A stretch of DNA of 64,000 nucleotides from Malacoraja senta (lineage: Eukaryota), in assembly GCA_038087875.1 (NCBI GenBank), contig JAXLNO010000406.1:124001-188000 (forward strand), in the 5' to 3' direction. Below are positions 13,890 through 28,000 of the stretch, piece by piece. Every line of letters begins with the position of its first letter. The first letter of the stretch is position 1. Below the pieces are notes generated by a model. That model was not told the origin of the DNA and did no database searches. It saw only the letters and a list, made by a program, of their open reading frames with translations. The translations under genes were made by a program, and so were the position numbers.

Positions 13890-14046
13890 GTTAAAGAAGG
13901 AACTGCAGATGCTGGAAAATCGAAGGTACACAAAAATGCTGGAGAAACTCAGCGGGTGCAGCAGCATCTATGGAGCGAAGGAAATTTCCTTCGCTCCATA
14001 GATGCTGCTGCACCCGCTGAGTTTCTCCAGCATTTTTGTGTACCTT
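13890..14046. mobile_element. Penelope-derived fold-back insertion with 14-bp TSD
   Basis: TSD CTGATATTTATACT at 13876-13889 and 14047-14060; internal inverted arms. Confidence 0.8.
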
Positions 14047-14156
14047 CTGATATTTATACTAGTCTATTCCGACGCGAAATTTGGGGAATAAATGCAACCG
14101 GTTCAGCGCCAACCTGTTTTCCACACGGTTTCTGCCCCACAGCCCCTCAGCCCCGC

Positions 14157-17100
14157 TCACGACGTCGGTCCCGGCACCCGACCCTTTTCCTGATTCGAGC
14201 AGGGAATGACGCATATCTTCAGCCATTGATTTTCATCCCAAGCACCAAAGAAGGGATACATTTTCCCCACGAATTTATTCCCGGTGAAGGTGTGGAGGTG
14301 GGACTTGGTGTCCGCATCATAAAATGAGACCGTCCCCGATTCGTAACTGAGGTAAACTCCCACCCTCCCGGGGACGGGACCGGCTGAGAGAGTGGTCTGG
14401 GAAGAATTGCTTGCGGAAACCTCCTCGCGATATCTCTCGATGATCCAGAATCCTTCCTCTGGTTTCAGGTCGACCCGTCTCTTCATCTCCACAGACTCTG
14501 CGGCGACTCCCAGACTCCAGCGCCGACTCCCCGCCACCTCCACCTCCCAGTAATGTCTCCCCGATGTGAATCCCTCCAACCCAAGCGCACAGAGACATTC
14601 CATAAACCTCTTCCTGTTGTTGCGGAGGCTTCTCCTGACCCCGGTCAATCTCACATTCATCAGGCTGCCGGACACCTCGAGCTCCGGATGCGCGCTATCC
14701 TCATCCAGGGTCACGGAGTCTTGGGGCAGAAGCAGACAATTAGAGGGTCTATGGAATTTGAGGATTTACGAGCTAATAAAATCCATGTGATAGAGAGATC
14801 CTGGTGGGTCGCTATGTTGAGGAACTGGAACTGGAATTCTTGACCATTGGTCCCAGGGACCCTCCTTCTGCTGTTAACGAGAGGATCTGCAAATGATCAT
14901 AGACAATAGACAATAGGTGCCGGAGTAGGGTATTCGGCCCTTCGAGCCAGCACCGCCATTCAACGTGATCATAGTTGATCATCCACATTCAGTACCTGCC
15001 TTCTCACCATATCCCCTGACTCCACTATCTTTAAAGAGCTCTATCTAACTCGCTCTTGAAAGCATCCAGAGAATTCCACAAGAATGGCTGGTGATCCTTC
15101 TTAAAGATCTCCCCAAGTTGCTCCATAACAGTTCTCATAAGTTCAAGGAGCAGAAATTGGCCATTCCGCCCATCAAGTCTACTCCGCAATTCGTTCATGG
15201 CTGATCTATCTTTCCCTATCTTTCCCTTTCAATCCCATTCTCCTCAGATTGTGGATGATCAGCCATGATCACATTGAATGGTGGTGCTGGTTTGAAAGAC
15301 CGAATGGCATATGCCTGCACCTATCGTCTAATGTCTATTGTCTAAATCTTCTCTGTACCCTTTCCAGCTTGACATCTTTCCCCTAACATGGTGCCCAGAA
15401 ATGAACACATAGGTACCACACCAGACGAGGATAGGATCGAACCCTGAATCTCTGGCGCTTTGAGACATTAAATCTATCCGGTACACCGCGGTGCCGCTCT
15501 AAGATAGTAAAATACCACCTTGACCTTTAGAAATCAAAGTGTGACGAAATGCTTGCCAGATATAACAGTGTTGATATATTCTTTCCACACTGCAAACGGT
15601 AAAGTGCAGTTGAAATGTCCCATCGAGAGGCTGCCTCCAGTCACCGACACTTTCTGGTCTATTTCGTTGAGGCTGCAAAGAAGATAAGTCTGTTATAAAT
15701 TGAACATCATAAACACGCGTCCAATTGGAACAAAGTTTCAGAGAAGAAATTGTCCTACCTGCTCTTCCGAGAGGTTTCCTCCTGAAATGAATAAAACATA
15801 AAGATGCATTATGTAGGAAGGAACTGAATAAGGTGGTTCGAAGAGAAGATAGACACAAAAAAGCTGGAGTAACTCAGTGGGACAGGCAGCATCTCTGGAG
15901 AAAAGGAATGGGTGACGTTTCGGGTCTGAAGAAAGATATCGACCTGAAACGTCACCCACTCTTGCTCCCCAGAGATGCTGCCTGTCCCACTGAGTTATTT
16001 CAGCTTTTTGTGTCTATCTTGTGTACCGTTCTATATTCTATTTAAGAGGCGGAGCCTGTGCTTGGTGACGTAAAAGGGGACGTCCTATTCACAGCAAGTG
16101 TTACTCAAGATAAACAGAAAATGCTGATGTAACTCAGCGGGACAGGCAGCATCGCTGGAGGGAAGCGATGGGTGACGTTTCGGGTCGAGACCCTTCTTCA
16201 GACTGGGCATCAGGGGAGAGGGAAATACATGGATACGGCATGAAAGGGTTCTGAAAAGATTTACGAGGATGTTGCCAGGACTAGTGGGTGTGAGGTATAT
16301 TCCATGGAGCGTAGGAGGATGAGGGGAGATCTTATAGAGGTGTACAAAATCATGAGAGGATTAGATCGGGTCGATACACAGAGTATTTTACCCAGAGTTG
16401 GGGAAACGAGGACCAGTGGACACAGGTTCAACGTGAAGGCGAAAAGATTTAATAGGAAACCGAGGAGTAACATTTTCACACAGAGGGTGGTGGGTGTATG
16501 GAACAAGCTGCCAGAGGAGGTAGTTGAGGCTGGGACTATCCCATCATTTCAGAAACTGTTGTTCAGGTACATGGACAGGTTTGGAAGGTTATGATCCAAG
16601 CGCAGGCAAGTGGGACTAGAGTAGCTGAGACATTGTAGGCCGAGGTGGGCCGAAGGGCCTGTTTCCACACTGTATCACTCTATGACTCTATCAAGGAAAA
16701 TGTTGCATAGACCATTGTTAGTTGGGAGAAGGTGAGAACAAATCAGACAGGGAAACTATTTTTATCAGAAGGACAGTCAAACTGGTCGGAGATTTGGGAA
16801 GGGTGGGGAATGGAGGGAGAGGGAAAGCATGGGCTACCAACAGGAAGCGGGTCTAACCTAGATTACAACAACAAAAATCAGAGCTGATTGAATTTGAGCA
16901 ATAAATCTTAATTTTTATTGGCCTCTTTAATTGAAAAAAGGTTACTTCGATTTGAGAGATTGCGCTTATTTTGCTCACCATAAGAGACGGCACTCATACC
17001 ATGAAGCTCTACCTAGACTGCAATATGACCCACATCGTGGAAACAGGCCCTCCGGCCCAACTTGCCCACACCAGCCAACATGTCCCATGCTTTGCTAGTC

Positions 17101-19694
17101 CCACCTGCCCGCGTAGGGTCCATGTGCCTTCTCATCCTTCTAAATTCCAGAGTATACAAACCCAGCCACTCCATTGTCTCAGCATATGACAGTCCCGTCA
17201 TCCTGGGATGTAACTGCGTTACCTTTCTCAATAGCAAGAATGTCCTTCGTCAAATTTGGAGACCAAAACTGCACATAATACTCCAGGTGTCGTCTCGCTT
17301 GGGCCCTGTGCAGCTGCAGAAGGACTTATTTGCTCCTATACTCAACACCTCTTGTTATGAAGGCCAACAACCCATTCGCTTTCTTCACTGCCTGCTCTAC
17401 CCACGAGTTGATAGAGGAGCTAGTTGTGTTGAGACAATATTTAAAATACATTTGGATACTCACCTTCAGGAAGATAGCTCCATCTTTCTGCGTCATCTGT
17501 TTTCCCAGATTTGCCAGCTTTCCTTGAATGGATATCAACTTATCTTGAATGTATTTAAGATTTCTTTCCATTATGCTCACGAATTTCACCTCTTCTTCCT
17601 TGAGGCCTTTGATTAAACAGTGTTCTTTATCAGTGAGAACTTTGTGCACTTCAGCGAATTCTGAAGACACGCGAGTCTGTAGGTAGCGGGATTGTTTCTT
17701 TTAAATGAAGAATTAAGGGACAAGAGAGTTTTATTATCATCTATCCTGATACTGAAAGACGAAATGCCTACTTGCAGCAGCACAACAGATATGTAAACAT
17801 AATGCTCTGTAAACACTATAATAAACAACAAAAAGTGAAATATATATATAAACACACAAATGCAGATGCAAAAATAATGTCCCTAGTCTGTGTAGTTCGG
17901 AGCTTATTTGAAAGCTGTAGCGTTTAATAGCCTGATTGTTGTGGGGAATAAGCTACTCCTGAATCTGAATCTGTATTTAAATATTAATATTGAGCTGAGA
18001 AGGTTATTGGCTGCAACCTTCCCCCCATTGACGAACTGTACACTGCAAGGGCCAGGAAGCGAGCGGGTAAGATCATCTCTGACCCCTCTCACCCAGGCCA
18101 CAAACTCTTTGAATCTCTTTCCTCTGGAAGGCGACTCCGGACTGTCAAAGCCGCCGCAGCCAGACATAAGAACAGCTTTTTTCCACGAGTAGTAGCTCTA
18201 CTCAATTATCAAAAACCTGTAGCCTCCTTCTGCTGTGGTATTTTAATTAATTCACATGTTTAATCGATAATGTTTTATTATTAATATTTAATGTTTTCTG
18301 TGTTATTCCTAACTGTCACTGTATGTCATGTTATCACTTGCGGGCGGAGCACCAAGGTAAATTCCTTGTATGTGAATACGTGGCCAATAAACTGATTCAT
18401 CAACTTATTCATTCATTCATTCATTCAGTGTGACGAAAGAAGCAAAGCTAATCGCGAGCCCAGGAAATCATCAGAAAGTGGTTTGTTTTACCTTAATCTT
18501 ACGAATCGTCTGTTTCTGCTGCAGTTCCATTTCCTGGAATTCTGATATCTTCTTGGAGAGAGAGATGTAGGAGGATCTCATCTGATCCTGGGATTGGGAG
18601 AAAAATTTATCATGGGCCATAGAGTCATACAGTGTGGAAACCTGCCCTTTGGCCCAACTTGCCCACAACAACCAACATGTTCCATCTACACTAGTCCCAC
18701 CTACCTGGGTTTGGCCCATATCCATCTACGTCTGTCCTATCCACCATTCAAAAGAGTTAGAACATTCAAAAGAGAGTTAGATAGTGCTCTTAGGGCTAGC
18801 GGAATCAAGGGATATGGGGAGAAGGCAGGAACGGGGTACTGATTGCGGATGATCTGCCATGATCACATTGAATGGCGGTGCCAGCTCGAAGGGCCAAATG
18901 GCCTACTCCTGCACCCGTTGTCTATGTATATATGTATCTATGTATCTATCCATGTACCTGTCCAATTGCTTCTTAAAGGTTGCGATAGTCCCTGCCTCAA
19001 CTGCCTCCTCTGGCAGCTGGTTCCATGCACCAACCGCACTTTGTGTGAAAAAGCTACCCCTCAGATTCCTATAAAATGATTCCCCCTTCACGTCAATCCT
19101 CTGTCCTGTTCTCGACCCCCCTAACTTGGGCAAGAAACTGTGCGTCTACCCGATCTATTCCTCTAATGGTTTTGTACACCTCCAGAAGATCACCCCTCAT
19201 GCTCCTGCGCTCCAGGGAATAGAGTCCCAGCCCTGCTCATCCTCTCCCTGTCGTTCAGAGCCCTGGAGTCCTGAAGCCTTTACCTTGTAGATTTCGACAG
19301 CTTCCTTAATCGGTATACAGTTGTGAGACTTGTGTTCCCGCGCGTCCCGACAAATCAGGCAGATCAGTTTCTTGTCTGTGTCACAAAACAGCTTCAGCAC
19401 TTCCTCGTGTTCCTCGCAGAGGAGTTTACTTTTCTTCTCCTTCTGGCTCTGCTTTAACTTTTGTGCTTTCTCGGCCAGGCTCTCCAGGGCCCAGTTGATC
19501 GCGGAAGGGATACCCGGAAATTCGCGCCTGCACTCCGGGCAGCAATTCACACTATTCGTTTCGCAGCATCGAGTGATGCAGTGGCGACAGAAATTGTGCC
19601 CGCACTCCAGTGAAACTGGATTGGTGAAGAATTCAAGGCAGATGGAGCAAATTGTCTCCTCCGTCCAATCCTCACTCTGTGCCTTGGAAGCCAT
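14157..19694 (-). CDS. Complete RING/B-box/coiled-coil/B30.2 TRIM gene (TRIM39/TRIM27-like), 6 exons, 480 aa
   Basis: Exons 19694-19284 (411 nt; [35 protein letters not shown]), 18587-18492 (96), 17697-17464 (234), 15781-15759 (23), 15672-15557 (116, GC donor), 14719-14157 (563). Total 1443 nt, one frame, all acceptors AG. Confidence 0.9.
16250..16690 (+). mobile_element. CR1-type LINE 3' fragment in a TRIM intron
   Basis: '[22 protein letters not shown]...[16 protein letters not shown]'. Confidence 0.85.
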
Positions 19695-20304
19695 TTCGGC
19701 AACTTCCTGGTTCACAGCAAAGATACTAGAGGAGCAAGATAGACCACTCCTCCGATATCCAATGGACTGACGTGTAGTACGTAACGGAACGTCACGGCCG
19801 CCATTTGTTTATGCAAAACGCGACATCCAGTATGCGTCCCGCTGTGTAATCCGCTCTATCATCTCTGGTGTAATCAGCGTTGTAGGGAACAGTGTTTGAT
19901 ATAGCGCATCTATCACTTCACATATTTTAGTTAATATTATTGTAAATGTTTTCTCCCTGTTTCCCACCCATCTTTCCTCCCCAGCCCCCTCCTTTGCGTA
20001 GTTTCCCTTGCATTGTATTGTGCAGTTTCCCTTCTATTGCTTTAACACACTGTGCACAAAATTAAATTTAACATTCGGCCCTTCAAGTCTACTCCGCCGT
20101 TCAATCATGGCTGATCTATCTTGCCCTCTCGACCCCAATCTCCTTCAAGTCTCCTTGCATAACCCCTGACGCACGGAATGTTAAAAAATATATATATATT
20201 TAAAGTTTGTTTATTGAAATGTACAGAACAAATACAAGACAGTGCGCGGCTTTCTTTACATTCGTATGGGTCGGACAGTCTATTCATTCACATTGCGATC
20301 AATT

Positions 20305-20562
20305 CTCAGCGGTAGAGTTGCTGCTTTTAGCGCCAGAGACCCGGATTCAATCCTCACCACGAACGCTGTCTGTACCGAGTTTGTACGTTCTCCCTGCGAT
20401 CCGGTGCTCCGGTTTCCTCCCACATGGTAAAGACCTTAAGGTTTGTAGGTCAATTGTCTTCTGTAAATTATCCCGAGTGTGCAGGATAGCACTAGTGTAC
20501 GGGTGATCGCTGTTCGGCCTGGTCCGAAGGGTCTGTTTCTACACTATGTCTCTAAACTAAAC
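20305..20562 (+). mobile_element. tRNA-derived SINE (HE1/V-SINE-like)
   Basis: 'cagcggtagagttgctgc...gagacccgg...gtctgtac.gagtttgtacgttctcc' head and (ctaaa)n tail; same family as 62744 and 63564. Confidence 0.7.
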
Positions 20563-20769
20563 TATAGTTGAGCACATTCATGATATCAAGTCAAGAGTCA
20601 AGAGTGTTTTATTGTCGTATGTCCCGGACAGGACAATGAAATTCTTACTTGTTGCAGCACAACAGAATATGTGAATATGTAAACATTGTATACAACGGGG
20701 GGAAAAGAAAAAGTTCAATAAATAACAAATATAGTACAAATGACAAATAGAAATATAGTGTTTTGTAGT

Positions 20770-21410
20770 TCACAGTTCAGAGCTTATTCGTTGTTGTGTT
20801 TAATAGCCTGATGGCTGTAGGGAAGAAGCTGTTCCTGAACCCGGACGTTATAGTTTTCAGGCTCCTGTACCTTCTTCCTGAAGGCAATTGTGAGATGAGT
20901 GTGTGGCCAGGATGGTGTGGGTCCTTGATGATGCTGGCTGCCTTTTTGAGGCAGCGACTACGATTGATCCCTTCGATGGTGGGGAGGTCAAAGCCGGTGA
21001 TGGACTGGGCAGTGGTAACAACTTTCTGCAGTCTTTTTCGCTCCTGGACGTTCAAGCTGCCGGATCAGGCCACGATTCAACCTGTCAGCATGCTCGATAC
21101 CGTGCACCTGTAGAAGTTTAGGAGAATCCTCTTCAACATGCCGAATCTCCGTAATCTTCTCAGGAAGTACAGTCGCTGATGTGCCTTCTTTACAACTGCA
21201 TCGGTGTGCTGGGTCCAGGAAAGATCTTCTGATATATGCACGCCCAGGAATTTGAAGTTATTGACCCGTTCCACCATCGTCCCGTTGATATAAACAGGAT
21301 TGTGGGTCCTCATCCTTCCCCTACCAAAGTCCACAATCAGTTCCTTGGTCTTACTGATGTTGAGAGCCAGGTTGCTGTGCTGGCACCATTTGGTCAGTCG
21401 GTCGATCTCA
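20770..21410 (-). mobile_element. Rex1/Babar-type LINE 3' fragment
   Basis: 'VERVNNFKFLGVHISEDLSWTQHT..KKAHQRLYFLRRLRRFG..RNSFFPTAIRLLN'. Confidence 0.85.
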
Positions 21411-22287
21411 CTCCTGCACTCTCACATCTATCATCAGGTATTCTGTACATTCTATATACAAAGCACCAATTCCATTCAGGGGCATCTTTGGATAATACAC
21501 CCTTCATATTTAGTTTATTCAGTTAGTTTATTGTCACGTGAACCGAGATACAGTGAAAAGCTTTAGCTGCATGCTGACCAGTCAAGGGAAAGACTAATCA
21601 TAATTACAATCGAGCCGTCCATGATCAAGGGGATAAAGTTTAGTGCAAGATAAACTCCAGTAACGTCCGATTGAATATAGTCAGAGTGTCTCCAATAAGG
21701 TAGATGGCAGGTCAGGCCAGCCCTCTAGATGGTTCAGTTGCCTGACAACAGCCGGAACGAATCGGTCGTTGAATCTGGATGTGTGCGTTTTCACATTTCT
21801 GTGCCTCTTGACTGATGATTGGGGAGAAGTGGGAGTGACCCGGGGTGATACTCGTCCTTGATTATGTCAGTGGCCTTGCCGAGGCAGCGTGAGGTGTAAG
21901 TGAGCCGATGGAAGGGAGAGTGGTTTGTGTGATGGTCTGGGCTGCGTCCACAATTCTCTGCAATAATATGTTTGTTGAGCTGTTGCATAGAAGGCACCGA
22001 GGCAGAAACTCGAATGCAGCCCTTCTCAACAAAGCCTTTGCATTCGCGTCGCTAAATTTCAACGTGTCCCTTGTTCAACCTAGCCAAGCATCCTTGTAAC
22101 AGTCTGAAGAAGGGTCTTGACCCGAAATGTCACATGTTCCTTTCTCCAGAGATGCTATCTGACCCGCTGAGTTACTCCAGCTTTTTGTTTCTATCCTTGT
22201 ATCAACAACCTGTTTCTCATGGGACAGAGAGAGACACATGAAACAGTAGCTAAGCCTGGATAACAATGAATTTCGTTAGAAACAAAA

Positions 22288-22728
22288 AGGTGGACCAGGA
22301 GACAAAGGAAACTCCCGGACACCTGGACGAGGTTTACTGTCGGGCCGTGTGTGCTGGGATGGGTGGGTTTCGCGTCGGGGAGACATTATTGGGAGGGGCA
22401 AGTCGCAGATAATAGAAGATGGGGTCCGGGAATCGCCGCAGAGTCCATGGAGAGCAAGAGACGGGTCGACCTGACGCCAGTGAATGGATTCTGGCCCATC
22501 CAAAGAGCTGGCGAGAGTTTCAATGTAAACGCCTCCCAACCATTCCCCCTTCCCGCCGTTCCAATCCCCGGGAATGTGGGAGTCTATCTTAGCTACGAGC
22601 CCGGGACGGTTTCATTTTACGGCGCGGACACCAATTTTTACCCCCACACTTTCAGCGGGAACAAATTCACAGAGAATCTCTCCCCTTTTTTTTGGAGTTT
22701 CGATGAAAAAAAACCGCTGAAAATCTGA
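22288..22728 (+). pseudogene. 5'-truncated orphan B30.2 exon
   Basis: [53 protein letters not shown]; lacks the VTLD/LEVSED start and the usual acceptor; in-frame TGA at 22267; no upstream exons found. Confidence 0.8.
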
Positions 22729-23090
22729 AGTAGCAGCAACTGCTCAGCAGATCAGGCAGCATCTGTGATGAGAGATGAGAGAGGCTTTAGTCTGCTTGCA
22801 CTTCTGCTCCCTAGTTTATGTTCCAAGGACCGACTCTGCGCATCAGTGACGTTTTGGAACCAGATTCAAGCTCCCATTTAATCGTCGAATTGCACTTTAT
22901 TTTTTGGCGAAGTTCTTCCTCAGCGCTCCCTGTTCTTTTCCTTCCACAGATGCTGTCCAGCCGACTGAGTACCTCCAGCACTGCGTTTTGGAGATCTCCA
23001 TTAAACTTCATTGCTGCGCTGCTTTCAACCAGGAGATGGCGACAGCAAGTAATCCAAAGACCTGTGCAGCTACACGGTGCTAGTTCGGCA

Positions 23091-23304
23091 ACTGCAGATG
23101 TTGGAAAAATCGAAGGTAGACAAAAATGCTGGATAAACTCAGCGGGTGAGGCAGCAACTATGGAGCGAAGGAATATGTGACGTTTAGGTGAAGAAGTGTC
23201 TCGACCCGAAACGTCACCTATTCCTTCGCTCCATAGATGCTGCCTCACCCGCTGAGTTTCTCCAGCATTTTTGTCTACCTTCGATTTATCCAACATCTGC
23301 AGTT
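23091..23304. mobile_element. Penelope-derived hairpin (~95-bp arms) with a degenerate hammerhead-like core in the loop
   Basis: 'actgcagatgttgg...gtgacgttt' pairs with 'aaacgtcac...ccaacatctgcagt'. Confidence 0.8.
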
Positions 23305-24381
23305 CTTTCTTAAACATAAATAATATGGGAGTAACTTTAACTGCTGGGTGACTGTATTGAACGGAGAAGCTGTCATGTGGGACCTGCTTTGATTTCTTAT
23401 TTTTATATTATTGAATCGCACTTGGGTAACCAGTTTAGTTGCATTTTGGCATCATTTATTATTTGCTTCCACTCACTCACACAGTATTTTAAGCAACTCC
23501 ATCATTTATGACAATAGTTTGCATACATATATGCATGAAAATGTTAACTACATTGTGCTTCATAAAAGTTCTGTCATTTTTTCGTATCGATTATAAATCG
23601 TATCAGAATTACATACATCATAAAAATACTGACCATGAGTTGAATATCCTATACGATGCGTTATATGCCTTAATCTACTGTCAATTATGACTTCCGAATC
23701 ATTGTATGATGAAAATTACCAAGACAATATGAATATAATTTCAACCGTTTTATTTCTCGGCTGAAATATCATCACACACCAAGCAAGAATTCGGAACTGC
23801 TGCTAAATAGACCTGACTGTAAGCTGCTCAGATATTGGCAAGTGTACCTTTAGACTTTAGCGATACAGCACGGAAACAGACCATTCCCCTCACGGAATTT
23901 CTCGCCAACCAGCGATCACCCCATACACTAGCAATATCCTAGACACAAGGAACAATTTACAATTTCACCAAAGCAAATTAAACTACAAACCTGAACGTCC
24001 TTGGATTGTGGGGGGAAACCGGAGTACCCGGAGAAAACTCACGCGATCACGGTTAGAACGTGCAAACTCAGTACAGATAGCACTACTCGTCAGGATGGAA
24101 CCCGTGTCTCTAGCGCTGTGAGGTAGCAACTCTACCACTGTGCCACCTCCACAGCTATCTGCAGTGAGGGTGGGGATTTCTCACCGTCACGACCCATGGA
24201 CCAAATAACAAAAAGAGATTTGTTTTCTGATAGCGAAATCTGCTGAATAAAAAAAGCTGAGACCCTTTGGTATTTTATGAACGGGGGGCGGGTTGGGGGG
24301 GGGGGGGTAATTTCCATTAGTATCCCAAGAAGACTCCATGAAGATCTCCCCGTCCCAATCCGAATCTGCCCACACTTCATA

Positions 24382-24878
24382 GAAACATTGAAACATAGAA
24401 AATAGGTGCAGGAGTAGGCCATTCGGCCCTTCGAGCCTGCACCGCCATTCAATATGATCATGGCTGATCATCCAACTCAGTATCCTGTACATGCCTTCTC
24501 TCCATACCCCCTGATACCTTTAGCCACAAGGGCCACATCTAACTCCCTCTTAACTATAGCAAATGAACTGGCCTCAACTACCTTCTGTGGCAGAGAATTC
24601 CAGAGATTCACCACTCTCTGTGTGTTTTTCTCATCTCGGTCCTAAAAGATTTCCCCCTTATCCTTAAACTGTGACACCTTGTTCTGGACTTCCCCAACAT
24701 CGGGAGCAATCTTCCTGCATCTAGCCTGTCCAACCCCTTATGAATTTTGTAAGTTTTTATAAGATCCCCCCTCAATCTTCTAAATTCTGGCGAGTACAAC
24801 ACAAGTCTATCCAGTCTTTCTTCATATGAAAGTCCTGACATCCCAGGAATCAGTCTGGTGAACCTTCTCTGTACTCTC
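24382..24878 (-). mobile_element. CR1/HER1-like LINE 3' fragment with short TSD (TCATA)
   Basis: The paralog near 9370-9395 shows the empty site; same subfamily as 8289-9066 and 59460-59925. Confidence 0.88.
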
Positions 24879-25030
24879 TCATATTCTCTTCAAATTTTTT
24901 GCGATAATTGTTTATTGTAGGTGCCCATGAAAATCGAAGAAATACTGCAGGTGTCACAAATCTGTAAGAAAAGCAAACAATGTTACAAAAACCTCTGCGG
25001 GCCAGGCAGTATCTGTGAAAAGAGAAGTAG

Positions 25031-28000
25031 TTTTTTTTTTATTTTTTTTATTTTTTCTTTTTTTAAACTTTAAGAAAGAAAAAGAAAGAAGTAAGAAAAG
25101 TGAAGAAAGTGCGCAAAGGTTGTGAAGTGCAAAAGAGTGTTGGGAAAAGAAAGCCCCTTAGAAAAGAAGTTAGAGAAGGAAGTAAAGTTAGAAAATAGAC
25201 CCTAGAAAAGAAAGAGAAAGAAAGAAGGAACAATCGCTCTATTATAACTCTTATAACATACTTCATAGAGAAGGAACTACCAACCAAGTCTGTTTTTGTT
25301 TTACCTCCCATTACCAGGTCCAGATACCTTTTATTTATTTATTTGTTTTTCTAAATTACTATTGCACCTCATGCTTGTAATAGGTCCAAAAACGTAGACC
25401 ACGTCTTTTGAAATTGGTCTACTTTGCCTACTAGGAGGAATCTCATCTCTTCCAGATGTAATGTTTCCAACATATTTGATGTCCACATTTTTATTGTTGG
25501 TGTGGGCGCATTTTTCCAGAATTTAAGTATAAGCTTTTTTCCCATTATTAGCCCATAATTGAGTAAATTCTTCTGATACACGTTTAATTCAGGAATACCT
25601 TCCGATATTCCAAAAATAATCCATTCTGGTTTTGGTACCAGTTTTATTTTGATTAATTTTGAAAAAATATCAAATATTTCAAACCAGAATTTTTGGATTT
25701 TTGTACAAAAAACAAAAGAATGTGCTATGGTAGCTTCTTGACATATACATTTATCACAGATTGGTGAGACGTTAGGAAAGATTTTATTTAGTTTGGTTTT
25801 TGAATAATATAATCTATGTAATGTTTTAAATTGGATAAGCGTATGTCGTACGTTGATCGAACATTTATGCACCTGTAATAAATGATTATCCCAACTCTCT
25901 TTTGAAATTTTTATACCTAAATCTTGTTCCCAATCTCTTCTAATTCCATCTGTTGTGGGTATTTCTATGTTTAAGATGATATTATATAAGTATGATATTA
26001 AATTAACTGATTCCGCCTTTGTCTTCATTGCTTCATCTAGTAAGTCGGAAGGCATATTATAATAATCTTTTGTGTGTGTTTTCAAATAGTCACAGATTTG
26101 TAGATATTTAAAATATTGATTATTTTTCAAATTATATTTCAGTTGTAGTTGTTGAAATGATAGTAATTTTTCTAATTCATACAGATCTTCGAGCGTTTTG
26201 ATTCCCATTCTTTCCCATTGTATAAATGATTTATCTATGATTGAAGGTTTAAACGATGGGTTATTGACTATTGGTATTAAGAGAGATAGGTTTCTTAATT
26301 TTAGATTCTGTTTTATTTGCTTCCATGTTCTAATAGTGCTATATATAATTGGATTTTTATTATAATTTTTATTATTCAAATTTATTGGAGAGAGAATAAT
26401 CGCTCCTATATTATTCGGGGAGCAATCCCCTTTTTCCATTATAATCCAGTCCACCTGCTGGGCAGAATTGTCCAGCAGGTGAATCATATTTTTAATATTT
26501 ACTGCCCAGTTATAATACATAAAGTTAGGGAGCGCTAGACCCCCCAACTCTTTTCGTTTGTTAAGGTGTGTTCTTTGTATTCTGTGGGATTTGTAATCCC
26601 ATATAAAATTTGTAATGTCTGAGTCCAGTTTTTTGAAAAACTTTTTTGGGAGATATATAGGTAAAGGATTTGTGGTAAGAAAATCATTTTTATAGCATTT
26701 ATCCTACCTATTAAGGACATCGGAAGTGTTTTCCAAAATTTAATCAAATTATTTAATTTCTTAAGTAAGGGATTATAATTAGCTTTAAACATATCATGGT
26801 AATTTCTAGTAATCTCAATTCCTAAATATTTGAATTTTTCCATAGCTATTTTAAAAGGGAATTTCCTGAGATGTGTTGAGTCTTTTGGTTTAATCGACAT
26901 AATTTCACTTTTGTTCCAATTTATTCTATATCCTGAAAAGGATCCAAAGTCCTCAATTAAGTTTAATATATTTGGTATACTAATTTGTGGTTTTGTGATG
27001 TACAGTAGTACATCATCAGCATATAGGGATAGTTTGTTGTTTGAATATTTTGTGTTATAACCGTGAATATTCGAGTGTGTTCTTATTTTTTCAGCAAGGG
27101 GTTCAATTACCAAAGCAAATAACAGCGGTGATAGTGAACATCCTTGTCTGTTGCCCCTAGATAATTCGAATTTTGAAGATAATATATTATTAGTTAGTAT
27201 TCTAGCCGTAGGTTTGTTATATAGTAGTTTTATCCATGCAATAAAGTTTTCTCCCAATTGGAATTTTTGCAATACTTTGATCATATAGTCCCATTCTACT
27301 TGATCAAACGCTTTTTCTGCGTCCAGTGAGATGATAGCTAACTCTTGGTCATAAGATTTATGTGAATGCATTATGTTAAGCAAACGTCTCAAATTATTAA
27401 ATGAGTGTCTCTTAGGTATAAATCCTGTTTGATCCTCATGTATTAGTCTACTAACATACTTGCTTAATCTATTGGCTAATGTTTTTGCTATTATTTTCTG
27501 ATCCGTATTTAACAAAGCAATAGCTCTATATGATCCTGGTTCTTCTATATTTTTATCTTTTTTAAGTATTAATATGATCGTTGATTCCGCTAGTGTTTCA
27601 GGTAGGTTTTGCTCTTTATAAGCATATGTATACATTTTTTGTAATCGTGGAGTAACTATATCATAAAAAGATTTATAAAATTCATTACTGAATCCGTCTG
27701 GTCCTGGTGTTTTTCCATTTTTTAGTGTTTTTATTGTGTCTTCTATCTCCTTAGAAGTAATTTGTGCTCCCAGTTCCTCTTGTTCCCTGCGTTCTAATTG
27801 TGGTAGATTACAATTATCTAAAAATTCTGAGATTTTATTATTGTCTATTGACGTTTTAGATGTGTATAGATTCTGGTAAAATTGAGCAAATCTTTTATTA
27901 ATATCCTTGGGTAGTGTTAATACTTCCCCTCTATCTGATTTAATCTTTAATATTGCATTCTCTTTTTCCCGTTTTTAAGTTGTCGTGCTAGAAGTTTGTG

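Noticed and set aside
14770..14886. Possible extra TRIM exon between exons 5 and 6
   Set aside because: It has an AG and an open phase-1 frame, but the donor is weak, the next intron would be only 50 nt, and the paralog has no such exon.
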